DNA of 32,000 nt from Prevotella melaninogenica (GCF_013267595.1 NZ_CP054011.1:540147-572146), one strand, 5' to 3'. Shown: positions 8,887 through 17,934, numbered from the stretch's first letter. Translations and numbers: made by a program. The notes: generated by a model from the sequence alone, not told the origin.

Positions 8887-9161
8887 CTTTTTAGGTTCTT
8901 ATAGATGTCTTTTCCTAAAGAATTACTTCTCCATTTCCATTGAGTTTCTTAATCGATAAACTTATAGAAATTATACATTAGTCTTACTCTTGACAAGGGA
9001 ATATGTTGTTAGAGTAAAATATTACTTTATGATAAAGCTTTATACTGAGCACTGTTATAGATACAATCTCGATTTACAACTCAATTTAATCGTTGCTTGT
9101 ATTAAAACTTAAATATCTGTTATATATTGTTTTTATATTTGTTGTAATGAAAATATATTTC

Positions 9162-9169
9162 TAATTTTG
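9162..9169 (+). promoter_or_regulatory. candidate -7 promoter box for hcp (second candidate at 9134-9141)
   Basis: TAATTTTG at 9162-9169 and TATATTTG at 9134-9141, both matching TAnnTTTG. They lie about 185-220 nt upstream of the hcp ATG, implying a long leader. Confidence 0.35.
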
Positions 9170-9353
9170 TCATTATTAAAAACAACAGATTGTGAATCAT
9201 CCTCTTCTTTTCAAGAGCAAGACTGTTTAACAGCCGTACAGAGGGGACTTCAAGAAGTTGTTGAGGTTTTCTCTTTTTTGTTTTCTGGTTAAGGAGATGA
9301 TAAGGGTGCCTCGTTTATCATTTTTTTTCTAACAACTTAAAAAATTATCAATT

Positions 9354-9752
9354 ATGAGTTCATTTAGAGCAACTTTGGAATTAGGTGGTAAGGAGTATGA
9401 CGTACTCTATTCTAACTACGAGTTCAGCCGTACAACTGACAAGAAGGGTCAGCCTGCATCAAGCATCTCTGGCGGTCGTATCAGTGTAACTATCGAGTCA
9501 ACTGATGACACTTCTACTATCGAGGCTATGCTTAACAGCCAGTTCAAGCCTGTTGAGGGTAAGATCGTTTACAAGAAGAGCGAAGAGGATGCTAAGATGA
9601 AGGAGATTTCTTTCAAGAATGCTTACATCGTTCATTACAAGGAGACACTCGACGTTAACAACGAGGCTCCTATGACCATCGCTATGACTTTCTCTGCTGA
9701 GAATATCACCGTGGGTAATGCAGAGCTTGACAACCGTTGGCCTCGCACATAA
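9354..9752 (+). CDS. hcp: type VI secretion tube protein Hcp (Bacteroidetes TssD type)
   Basis: 132 aa. Matches my memory of Bacteroidales TssD proteins (...LELGGKEYDVLYSNYEFSRTTDKKGQPASSISGGRISVTIESTDDTS..., C-terminal GNAELDNRWP). Sits directly upstream of vgrG. Confidence 0.85.
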   Translation: MSSFRATLELGGKEYDVLYSNYEFSRTTDKKGQPASSISGGRISVTIESTDDTSTIEAMLNSQFKPVEGKIVYKKSEEDAKMKEISFKNAYIVHYKETLDVNNEAPMTIAMTFSAENITVGNAELDNRWPRT

Positions 9753-9767
9753 GTTTAGGAAACATTT

Positions 9768-9806
9768 GGACTATGCTGAGCTTTCGTACTTGGCATAGTC
9801 CTTTTT
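9768..9806 (+). terminator. intrinsic terminator/attenuator between hcp and vgrG
   Basis: 9-bp perfect stem GGACTATGC (9768-9776) / GCATAGTCC (9793-9801) with a 16-nt loop, followed by TTTTT (9802-9806). Confidence 0.65.
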
Positions 9807-9927
9807 CGTTTCTTACTCAAGTGAGGGGGAACTTTACTATCCTACATACTCCGATTGCTTTCCCTTGAGATTCTAAATGTAATGCCGTATAAGCCAATTA
9901 GCTTTTAATCTTCAAAACAAACAACCC

Positions 9928-11739
9928 ATGTCAATTCCTTTCAACCCCATTACTATCAGCGTAGGAAAGAAGTCTCTTTCTTCTTTTATTTCTCTACAAA
10001 TCGAACAAAACATAGGTAAACACCACCGATTCCAAATGTCTGTTGAATTGGAAACGGGTAGTAATAGATATGTACATAATATCAATAGCAGCAAGGAATG
10101 GCTCGGAGAAAGCATCGTTGTGAAGGCTGCAAATACTCCTATCTTTGTTGGTGTGGTGACAAATGTACAATTACACAGAGAAGGAAGTGACTTTGGATGT
10201 ATCATCGTTTCTGGCTACTCTGCTACTTACAGACTGGAAACGGCACATAGCTGCTTCTCATGGAATGATAGAACCATTGGGGATGTAGTGAAAAAGCTGT
10301 GCGAACAAGCTAAGGTGCAATTAGAGTTGAATCCTGCATTCAAGGAAACCAAAGACTTTATCTGCCAGTATGAAGAGTCGGATTTCGACTTTATCCGTCG
10401 TCTTGCTCATCAGTATCAAGAGTGGATGTATTTCGATGGAACTAAACTCATCTTTGGTAAACCAAGGAAATTGGCTGACCCTATAAGATTAGAATATGGA
10501 ACAACACTGTCTTCACTTGACATTGGTTTACAGACCCTCGCACGCTCTGAGGAGGTATTCTCTTACCACTCTGGTGCTGACCATGAGATGCAGCGTATGA
10601 CACCAGACTTGGCCTATGGTCATGACAAACTTGCGGGCGATGCTTTCCGTGCATCATTAGGTATGTTCTCAAAACCCGCACGACAGCATGCACTGCCACG
10701 TATCAGCGATGAGTCGGAACTTATTAATTACATGGGGCGTAAGCAGGCGGCTGAGACGGCAGAAACACATTACATCACGGCTGAGAGTCAGGTGCCTACC
10801 CTGCGTGTCGGTTCTGTCGTAAGTCTCTACAGCTCATTCTTGGAACGTGTAGGAAACATATCAAAAGAGAGTTTGGGTAACTTTATCATTATCGAGATAA
10901 CCCATGAGGTGAGCCAAGGCAGCTACTACAAAAACCGCTTCAAGGCTATCCCTGCAACAATAAAGGCACTGCCAAGTCCAAAGGTACGTATGCCATTAGC
11001 AGAGACACAGATGGCAACCGTGCTTAGTAATGCTGACCCACAGGGCAAGGGTCGTGTGCGCGTACGAATGAACTGGCAGACGGATGGTATGCAGACAGGC
11101 TGGGTGCGTGTAATGACACCAGATGGCGGTAGTAGTAAGGACGTAAAGAGCAACCGTGGTTTTGTATTTATCCCAGAGGTAGGCGACCAAGTCCTCCTCG
11201 GCTTCCGTCATGGAGACCCTGCAAGACCATACGTTATGGGTAGTCTCTTTAACGGAACAACAGGTGGTGGCGGTGGTCAGGGTAACAACTGCAAGAGCCT
11301 TACCACTCGAAGCGGTAGTTCCTTGAAACTTGATGATTCCAAAGGAAGTGTTACATTAGCTGATCCTGGGAAAACAAGCATTCACATGGACGGTGCTGGT
11401 AATGCCACATTTGATTCGTCTGACAAAATAATCATCTCCTGTGGTAGTGCTTCCATTGAGTTACACAATGATGGTACAATAAAGATAAACGGTAAGGAGA
11501 TATCAGTTGGAGGCACGGATGTCTCCATAGCAGGTACATCAAGTATTGTAGCTGGCGTGGGGGAAGGTGAGACTCCAAGTACTGGTATTGGTATGTCAAC
11601 AACAGAACTTAATATAAGTTCTTCGAAAACATATATTGATGGATCCAGTGAAACTAGTGTAAGTTCAAGTGGTGGAACAACCTCTGTTACTGCATCAAGT
11701 GAGGTGATTGTAGGCGGAAGCAAAGTAAAACTAAACTAA
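9928..11739 (+). CDS. vgrG: type VI secretion spike protein VgrG
   Basis: 603 aa. gp27-like N-terminal region. gp5 OB-fold motif GRVRVRMNWQTDG...GWVRVMTPDGG...RGFVFIPEVGDQVLLGFRHGDPARPYVMGSLFNG. A Gly run follows, then a Ser/Thr/Gly-rich beta-helix-like C-terminus. Confidence 0.9.
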   Translation: MSIPFNPITISVGKKSLSSFISLQIEQNIGKHHRFQMSVELETGSNRYVHNINSSKEWLGESIVVKAANTPIFVGVVTNVQLHREGSDFGCIIVSGYSATYRLETAHSCFSWNDRTIGDVVKKLCEQAKVQLELNPAFKETKDFICQYEESDFDFIRRLAHQYQEWMYFDGTKLIFGKPRKLADPIRLEYGTTLSSLDIGLQTLARSEEVFSYHSGADHEMQRMTPDLAYGHDKLAGDAFRASLGMFSKPARQHALPRISDESELINYMGRKQAAETAETHYITAESQVPTLRVGSVVSLYSSFLERVGNISKESLGNFIIIEITHEVSQGSYYKNRFKAIPATIKALPSPKVRMPLAETQMATVLSNADPQGKGRVRVRMNWQTDGMQTGWVRVMTPDGGSSKDVKSNRGFVFIPEVGDQVLLGFRHGDPARPYVMGSLFNGTTGGGGGQGNNCKSLTTRSGSSLKLDDSKGSVTLADPGKTSIHMDGAGNATFDSSDKIIISCGSASIELHNDGTIKINGKEISVGGTDVSIAGTSSIVAGVGEGETPSTGIGMSTTELNISSSKTYIDGSSETSVSSSGGTTSVTASSEVIVGGSKVKLN

Positions 11740-11746
11740 TAGTGGT

Positions 11747-13051
11747 ATGAATCCAGTACGATTGGAATTACTAAAGATAGACAGACAATGGTATGAGCAA
11801 GTAAAAGCACATACCGATAAACCACTATTTGTATGCTTAGGCGAGAAGCACACTCTAAACATGTTTGATGTTTATTTTAAGAGTCATGGTGCAGATGAGG
11901 TAGAAAGTGACGACGTTTTCCTTGTGAATTATAAACCATTTGAGGATGCACAGCGGTATGGCGCAGAGCTATTAGAAGAACTACATTTGGTTTATAACTT
12001 GTGGAGAGAACATAATCTGATTTCTGTTCCATGTAAAGAATGGAATACGGACATTGTCGTTCCTAATGATAAAGTAAAGACTGATGCAGGGAATACAGCT
12101 AAGGCGCTAATAGGACTATATGAATCTTTTCCACCACTACGTGGACACAAGATATTTATTCTCTTATCACCACAACAGATAAGTAGTATACCTTTATATG
12201 AACAGTGGCTGTTTGATTGGTGTGCTAATATGAATAGCAGTGATGTCAAGATTGTAGTTCTTGAAAAACATGAAGGTCGGCTGTTAAAGAATCTGCCTGA
12301 AAACAGACATGAATTTGTACTTACTGGTACTGACATTGCTTCTTTGATGAACAATGTGGCTGCCCAGACTGCTGCAGATCCTAATGATGAAGAAAATGTC
12401 CTGCAACAACAAATGTTATTGGCAAACGTTCACTTTAGCAGGCACGAGTTTGATAATGCTCATGTTGCTTTGGCTAAAGCTATTGGCATAGCCAGCCGAC
12501 ACAATCTTAAAGACGTGCTATGTACGGCTCACCTCTTAGATGCTTATGTATGGCTTACACAAAATGAACAGGAGAAAGCACATGACACATTCCGTACTTT
12601 ATTGAGTCTTACTGGTGAAGGTACTTTATTGTCCGCTCAGATGCATGTGAATTATGGTGGTTTCTTGCTTGCTATACGAAGAAAGGAGGATGCAATAGAT
12701 GCGTTTGAGAAATCAGCTGAGATTGCAAAGAATATAAAGAATCCATTATTGGAGATGGAGTGTTATCGTATTATGGGTCAAATACAAGATGGTACATTTA
12801 CAGATTCACAAACCATTGCTTATTATGAGAAGTGTATAGAGATAGGTATGACTATGAACAATGAGGAAAGACAACAAAGTTCATTAGCTTACATAGCTAC
12901 TCTATTACTAAAGAAATATGGAAACTCTAAAAAGACAGAAGAACTTTGTAAACAAATGGAGCAATATTTAGGTGCAGATTGGCAAACTAACATACAAGTC
13001 CCCAACATGGATGACCTATATCATTCACCCTTAACAAGTGTATCCTCATGA
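11747..13051 (+). CDS. unknown 434-aa protein: uncharacterised N-terminal domain plus TPR-like C-terminal half; candidate effector adaptor/chaperone
   Basis: ORF starts 8 nt after the vgrG stop. Its stop overlaps the rhs ATG (ATGA at 13048-13051). The C-terminal ~200 aa show repeated A/L/Y-rich helical pairs. I recognise no known T6SS adaptor motif. Confidence 0.7.
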   Translation: MNPVRLELLKIDRQWYEQVKAHTDKPLFVCLGEKHTLNMFDVYFKSHGADEVESDDVFLVNYKPFEDAQRYGAELLEELHLVYNLWREHNLISVPCKEWNTDIVVPNDKVKTDAGNTAKALIGLYESFPPLRGHKIFILLSPQQISSIPLYEQWLFDWCANMNSSDVKIVVLEKHEGRLLKNLPENRHEFVLTGTDIASLMNNVAAQTAADPNDEENVLQQQMLLANVHFSRHEFDNAHVALAKAIGIASRHNLKDVLCTAHLLDAYVWLTQNEQEKAHDTFRTLLSLTGEGTLLSAQMHVNYGGFLLAIRRKEDAIDAFEKSAEIAKNIKNPLLEMECYRIMGQIQDGTFTDSQTIAYYEKCIEIGMTMNNEERQQSSLAYIATLLLKKYGNSKKTEELCKQMEQYLGADWQTNIQVPNMDDLYHSPLTSVSS

Positions 13052-16000
13052 AGATAATAGCAAAGAAAGCCAATGTAGCGAGTACTGCCGTACAGCATGT
13101 GGCCAAACATTTTGATTTGGTATTAGGCATAGACATTCACTGGACAAAGCTACCTATGCCTCCTTTTCCTCTTCCCTTACCACACCCTTTCATAGGAATT
13201 GTCTTTGACCCCATGGAGTATGCAGACTTCAGCATACCAGTCCCTTCCTTGTTGCAAAAGATGTTCAATCTCCCAGAGAAGATCCCTATGGGAGCATCAG
13301 TGTTTGTTCATGGCCGTATTAAGGCAACAACTACTACATCTGTCTTTGGATTTGGTTGTAATATAAAACCTAAAGGTGGTGCTGCAAGTATGTTAGGAGC
13401 AGCTATGGTTGGGAATATTATACCTATCAAACATATAACAGGTGGTCTACCTTTCTATAAAATCTTCTTAGGAGACTTGGAAGGTCCGCATGATGGTGAA
13501 ATCTATTTTGGTTCGGAAAGTGTCATTATCAATGGTAGTGAGTGCAGTGGATCATTCCCTCAGCAGGTTCTAACTTGTTGGGGCATACCTTTCGGACACC
13601 AATATTTTCCTCCGGCATGGCTTGCTCTCTACCAGCATATATTAACAATGTATGTGCAAATAAATATCAAGCCACCTGTGCTGGTGGGTGGAACTTTTAT
13701 CCCTCATAAGTACACACTCTCTGACATTTTGATGCGTGCAGCAGCTGTACTCTTCATGAAAGCACTGGGAGCTATTGCCAAAAAAGGATTGACCAAATTT
13801 AATCATTTCCTTCAGGGTAAATTCGGTAAGAACCCTATATCTAAATCATTGTGTTTCTTCGGTTTGGAACCAGTGAACTTTGCTACAGGAGCAATGAATT
13901 TCTCTTGGGACGACTTTGAGCTATTGGGAGAGCATACCATTCGTTGGACAAGTGCGTGGCAGAGTGACATTACCTATTCTGGAATCATGGGTAATGGAGT
14001 GATATGTAACTATGACCTGTTCATTATTCCTCAGGATGCAGATGGGGTAGCAGCTTACAATAATCCAAATGAGAATCAAGTATTCCCAATACCAATACCA
14101 GAAATAGGAGGCAAAGAGGAGTATTATCGTTCTCTAAAGTTATGGCAGCATAGACCAAACAAATCTAAATGGATTGTAAGAACAGAGACTGAAATCCGCA
14201 CCTATCGTGCCTTCTCTGACAAGGAGTATGGTACAATATATCTTGCTGAAAGGATAGACTATGTGGGAGGTGGTTTCCTATTGTTAGATTATAGTGGGCG
14301 TAAGCACTTGCTTTCTACTATAGAAGATCACCTTGGACGTCTTATAATCTTTGGACAGGATGAGGAACGAGGTCTTATCCGTTCAGCAATGTATAAACAT
14401 GGCGATGTCATAGACCAATTGGTGGCATACGATTATGATGAAAGGAGTAATCTTATACGTGTACGTGATCGATTTGGTAAGAGTATTGAGTTTGAATATG
14501 ATGATGCTAATAGAGTGGTTCTACGTCGTAACCGCAACAATATGACGTATACATGGGAGTATGACGCTGAAGGACGTGTTATCCATACTACTGGTGAAGG
14601 TGGTATACAGGAAGGATATATATCTTACCATGACGGATATAACGAAGTAAAATACTCTGCCACAGGGGCTACGGAACAGTATTATTATGACGAAAACAAC
14701 CTTGTATATAAAAAGGTGGATGCCATGGGTGGTGAGACCTGGTATGGTTATAATTCTTGGCATGAGCGAACATTGGTAGGTACACCAGAGGGTAAGGTCG
14801 TAGGATATGATTATGATGACCGTGGTAACCTTATAAGATTGACGGCTGCTGACAGAGCTGAGACTGTTTATGAGTATGATGAGCATAATCGCCTAATAGC
14901 ACGTACGGATGCTGCTGGTAATAGAGAAGAATGGGTCTATGATAAAGAGACAGCATTGTTGCTGAAACATAAGGAAGCGGATGGTACTGTTGTTACTTAT
15001 ACATACGAGAAGGATAAGCAGCAGCCTTCTGCTATTGAGTATGGTGAAGAACTACGTGCTGTTCTACAATATGACACTTTAGGATTAATCTCAAATATTA
15101 CGGACGGGCATGGCGTTTGTGAAACATTCGCTTACGATGACTATGGCCGTCCACTGAAGCACAGGCATGCTGACGGGAATAGTACAGAATGGCAGCGTGA
15201 CCGACTTGGCCGTGTTACTCGCTACGCAACTCCTGGACAGAGCGTGATGCGCATCTCCTACGATGCCTACGACCTGCCTGTTGAAGTTACCAGCGGCAAT
15301 GAAGTGTGGACTATGGAGTACACTCCTATGGGTAACCTGCGCCGTCAGACACGACGGACGAGCAGTATGCGCATGGTCAGTGCGCTGAACTATGAGTATG
15401 ATTCCTATGACCAACTGAAGTTTGTCGAGAACGAACACGGTGAACGCTACTTCTTTGAACGTAACCTTAATGGTGAGGTGATTTGTGAAAGGGGCTTTGA
15501 TGGATTAGAACGTCATTATATCCGTGACCTTGACGGCACGGTGATTACTACACAGCTTCCTGATGGTACGGCTGTGCATCATCAGCATGACCAGGCTGGA
15601 CGGCTTACCTATAACAAGTACACCGATGGTAGTTGGGAGGCTTGGGAGTACGATAAGGCAGGACGGCTCACCAAAGCGTACAACAGAGACAGCGTGACGG
15701 AGTTCGTGCGTAATGCTTTGGGGCAGGTTATAAAGGAAACGCAGGACGGGCGTACAGTGGAGCATAAGTATGATGAGCGTTCCCGACTATCAAATATCGT
15801 CAGTGCATTAGGAGGAAGTATTACCTACGGATATGATATAAAAGGCACTGTCAACCACATATCAGCTGGTATGTCAGGAAAGAGGAAGCCTTGGGAAGCG
15901 AATATAGCATACGATAGGTTCGGGCGTGAAACTTCACGCATAATGTCTGGTTGTGTAGAGAATACTATGCAATATGACAATGTCGGTCGTCCTGCACATC

Positions 16001-17337
16001 AGCGTGTCCAGCATAATGGGCGAACACTGCTTGACAAGTCATACCTCTGGGGTGACAATCTTCGTCTTCTACAGGCGCTTGACACAATAAACCGCAGAAG
16101 TGTCCGTTACGATTATGATACCTTCGGTTCTCTGTCAGGGGCTGTTTATGGTGACGGTAGTTGTCAGTGGCGTAACCCAGATGCAATGGGTAATGTGTAT
16201 GATAGCCCCGACCGAACGGACAGGAGTTATGGTCGTGGTGGACAGCTGCGTGAGGACAAGAAGTGGCGGTATTATTATGACAGCCATGGCAACCTTGTGC
16301 TGAAGACCATGCGCAGGTCGGGACCATCCCTTGATGCTGGGATGCGGGATAAGTTCCTTCAATGGCAGAGCGGTGACTATGCCTATACGTGGCAGGGCAA
16401 TGGTATGCTTAGAAGTGTAACACGGGCTGACGGCAAAACTGTAACGTTCAAGTATGACGCTTTAGGCAGACGCATTGAGAAGGTCTTTGACGGACGAGTA
16501 TATCGCTACCTCTGGGATGGTGATGTCATTCTGCACGAGTGGGACTATGCCGAGGCTGACCGCCCGAACACGATTGTTACCGAGACTGGTGAGGTCACAC
16601 TCGACAGGCCAGAACCAGTTGAGAATCTCATCACATGGGTTTACGACAGTGACAGCTATGTCCCTACAGCCAAGATTGTCGGCGACAGGCATTACAGCAT
16701 CATCAGCGACTACATCGGTCGTCCTGTCCAAGCGTACGATGATAATGGTAATGTTGTCTGGCAGGCAGACTATGACATCTATGGTAATCTCCGCAATCTC
16801 CACGGCAGCAGGAAGTTCATTCCTTTCCGCCAGTTAGGACAGTATGAGGACGAGGAAACTGGGCTCTATTACAACAGATTTAGATATTATGATCCAAGGA
16901 TTGGCAATTACATCAGTCAAGACCCGATAAGGCTGGCAGGAACAGGTTTTAACCTATATGCCTATTCTAAAGATAGTAATATTGATTTTGATATTCTCGG
17001 CTTAGAATGCTGGAGTACAGCAAGAAAAAAGTTTTGGCAGCAAGAGGCAAAAAATAATCCTCATTTGTACTCTTCGAATAACTTAGCAAGAATGGAAAAG
17101 GGGAAAGCCCCCAGAATGACAATACAGGTCTTGAATCCCAAGACAGGTAAGATAAGTGTGAAGGATGTTTCTATGGAGTTACATCACAAGTTTCTTCCCC
17201 AACGAGGCGGAGGTCAGGCTGCAAACAAAGCATGGAATTTGACAAAAGCAACCCCATGGGGACACGCTTCGATGGATTCCTATAGACATACTGGATATAA
17301 ATTAATAAAAGTGATTAAAGGAACAAACTCTTGGTAA
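13048..17337 (+). CDS. rhs: Rhs-family polymorphic toxin (T6SS effector) with C-terminal colicin-type HNH DNase
   Basis: 1429 aa. DUF6531-like GLEPVNFATGAMNFSWDDFELLG. Many YD repeats (YDYDERSNLIRVRD, YEYDDANRVV, WEYDAEGRVI, YEYDEHNRLIARTDAAGN...). Core end is YYNRFRYYDPRIGNYISQDPIRLAG...DILGL. The last 110 aa (17005-17334) read RKKFWQQEAKNNP...MEKGKAP...MELHHKFLPQRGGG...NL..ATPWGH. Confidence 0.92.
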   Translation: MKIIAKKANVASTAVQHVAKHFDLVLGIDIHWTKLPMPPFPLPLPHPFIGIVFDPMEYADFSIPVPSLLQKMFNLPEKIPMGASVFVHGRIKATTTTSVFGFGCNIKPKGGAASMLGAAMVGNIIPIKHITGGLPFYKIFLGDLEGPHDGEIYFGSESVIINGSECSGSFPQQVLTCWGIPFGHQYFPPAWLALYQHILTMYVQINIKPPVLVGGTFIPHKYTLSDILMRAAAVLFMKALGAIAKKGLTKFNHFLQGKFGKNPISKSLCFFGLEPVNFATGAMNFSWDDFELLGEHTIRWTSAWQSDITYSGIMGNGVICNYDLFIIPQDADGVAAYNNPNENQVFPIPIPEIGGKEEYYRSLKLWQHRPNKSKWIVRTETEIRTYRAFSDKEYGTIYLAERIDYVGGGFLLLDYSGRKHLLSTIEDHLGRLIIFGQDEERGLIRSAMYKHGDVIDQLVAYDYDERSNLIRVRDRFGKSIEFEYDDANRVVLRRNRNNMTYTWEYDAEGRVIHTTGEGGIQEGYISYHDGYNEVKYSATGATEQYYYDENNLVYKKVDAMGGETWYGYNSWHERTLVGTPEGKVVGYDYDDRGNLIRLTAADRAETVYEYDEHNRLIARTDAAGNREEWVYDKETALLLKHKEADGTVVTYTYEKDKQQPSAIEYGEELRAVLQYDTLGLISNITDGHGVCETFAYDDYGRPLKHRHADGNSTEWQRDRLGRVTRYATPGQSVMRISYDAYDLPVEVTSGNEVWTMEYTPMGNLRRQTRRTSSMRMVSALNYEYDSYDQLKFVENEHGERYFFERNLNGEVICERGFDGLERHYIRDLDGTVITTQLPDGTAVHHQHDQAGRLTYNKYTDGSWEAWEYDKAGRLTKAYNRDSVTEFVRNALGQVIKETQDGRTVEHKYDERSRLSNIVSALGGSITYGYDIKGTVNHISAGMSGKRKPWEANIAYDRFGRETSRIMSGCVENTMQYDNVGRPAHQRVQHNGRTLLDKSYLWGDNLRLLQALDTINRRSVRYDYDTFGSLSGAVYGDGSCQWRNPDAMGNVYDSPDRTDRSYGRGGQLREDKKWRYYYDSHGNLVLKTMRRSGPSLDAGMRDKFLQWQSGDYAYTWQGNGMLRSVTRADGKTVTFKYDALGRRIEKVFDGRVYRYLWDGDVILHEWDYAEADRPNTIVTETGEVTLDRPEPVENLITWVYDSDSYVPTAKIVGDRHYSIISDYIGRPVQAYDDNGNVVWQADYDIYGNLRNLHGSRKFIPFRQLGQYEDEETGLYYNRFRYYDPRIGNYISQDPIRLAGTGFNLYAYSKDSNIDFDILGLECWSTARKKFWQQEAKNNPHLYSSNNLARMEKGKAPRMTIQVLNPKTGKISVKDVSMELHHKFLPQRGGGQAANKAWNLTKATPWGHASMDSYRHTGYKLIKVIKGTNSW

Positions 17338-17339
17338 AT

Positions 17340-17804
17340 ATGAATAAGTTAAATGAATTTATTAACGGGGAAAAATATGAATTTCTCCTGAGGAACATAC
17401 AAAAAAAAAGTAATATAGAGATTGATAGTACCATCCCTTTTGTATTGTTAGATTATGACAAAGAAATGTTAATAGCCGCACGAATTGAAATAGAAGATTT
17501 AGAATCTTTACTTAACTCATACATGACGGAAATAGTTTCTTTTGTTGAAAGAAAAATGAAATATGATTTTGAGGATGAGGATGAATATCCTGAAGGGGAA
17601 GAGCTAAGTGATGACGAAAAGCCTAAAACCATTATTGAACTACCCTACTATAAAAATTTTTTGATTGCTTATCTAATAGAGTACTATTTGCTTAAAAAGC
17701 AGCCTGCAGAATTAGGTAAATATTTAAAGAGGATACACATTTCGCATGCAACTAAATACGAAAGAGATTTGAAGGATATATGGAGAGAAACTTTGGAGAG
17801 TTGA
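17340..17804 (+). CDS. candidate immunity protein for the HNH DNase tip (acidic, not Im9-like)
   Basis: The ATG lies 2 nt after the rhs stop. The ORF-track start at 17331 is a TTG. 154 aa with the acidic run DFEDEDEYPEGEELSDDEKP. AT-rich like the toxin tip. Confidence 0.7.
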   Translation: MNKLNEFINGEKYEFLLRNIQKKSNIEIDSTIPFVLLDYDKEMLIAARIEIEDLESLLNSYMTEIVSFVERKMKYDFEDEDEYPEGEELSDDEKPKTIIELPYYKNFLIAYLIEYYLLKKQPAELGKYLKRIHISHATKYERDLKDIWRETLES

Positions 17805-17907
17805 AGCGACTTAACTGAAATAAAGGTTCTTCCGTTAAATACTTTGACTTATTTCGTATAGATTTAGCGGAGGAACCGAGGTTATGCGTTAAACAAACAG
17901 ATAGCCA

Positions 17908-17934
17908 AGACAGTCTTGACTGTCTGTTTTATTT
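17908..17934 (+). terminator. terminator-like hairpin after the immunity gene
   Basis: AGACAG TCTTGA CTGTCT (17908-17925) followed by GTTTTATTT. An outer pairing AAACAG/CTGTTT is also possible. Confidence 0.5.

Noticed and set aside
9297-9328. A hairpin (ATGATAA...TTATCAT) followed by T8, 25 nt upstream of the hcp start, considered as a leader attenuator or riboswitch terminator.
   Set aside because: The stem is only 7 bp with a single G-C pair and an 11-nt loop, so it is too weak to call. The T-run is common in this AT-rich leader.
9928-11739. The phage gp27/gp5-like protein raised the possibility of a prophage or tailocin.
   Set aside because: The window has no capsid, terminase, tail tube/sheath or lysis genes. 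The Hcp upstream and Rhs downstream fit T6SS VgrG.
14521-16837. Many long ORFs antisense to, or out of frame with, rhs (for example 15965-16327, 16462-16803 and 16475-16837). Equivalent ORFs occur in the orphan cassettes (18311-18595, 18730-19101, 20325-20666).
   Set aside because: They lie wholly inside a well-supported Rhs reading frame in its GC-richer core and encode low-complexity His/Cys/Thr-rich peptides. They recur only because the DNA is duplicated. This is the typical artefact of stop-poor repeat DNA.
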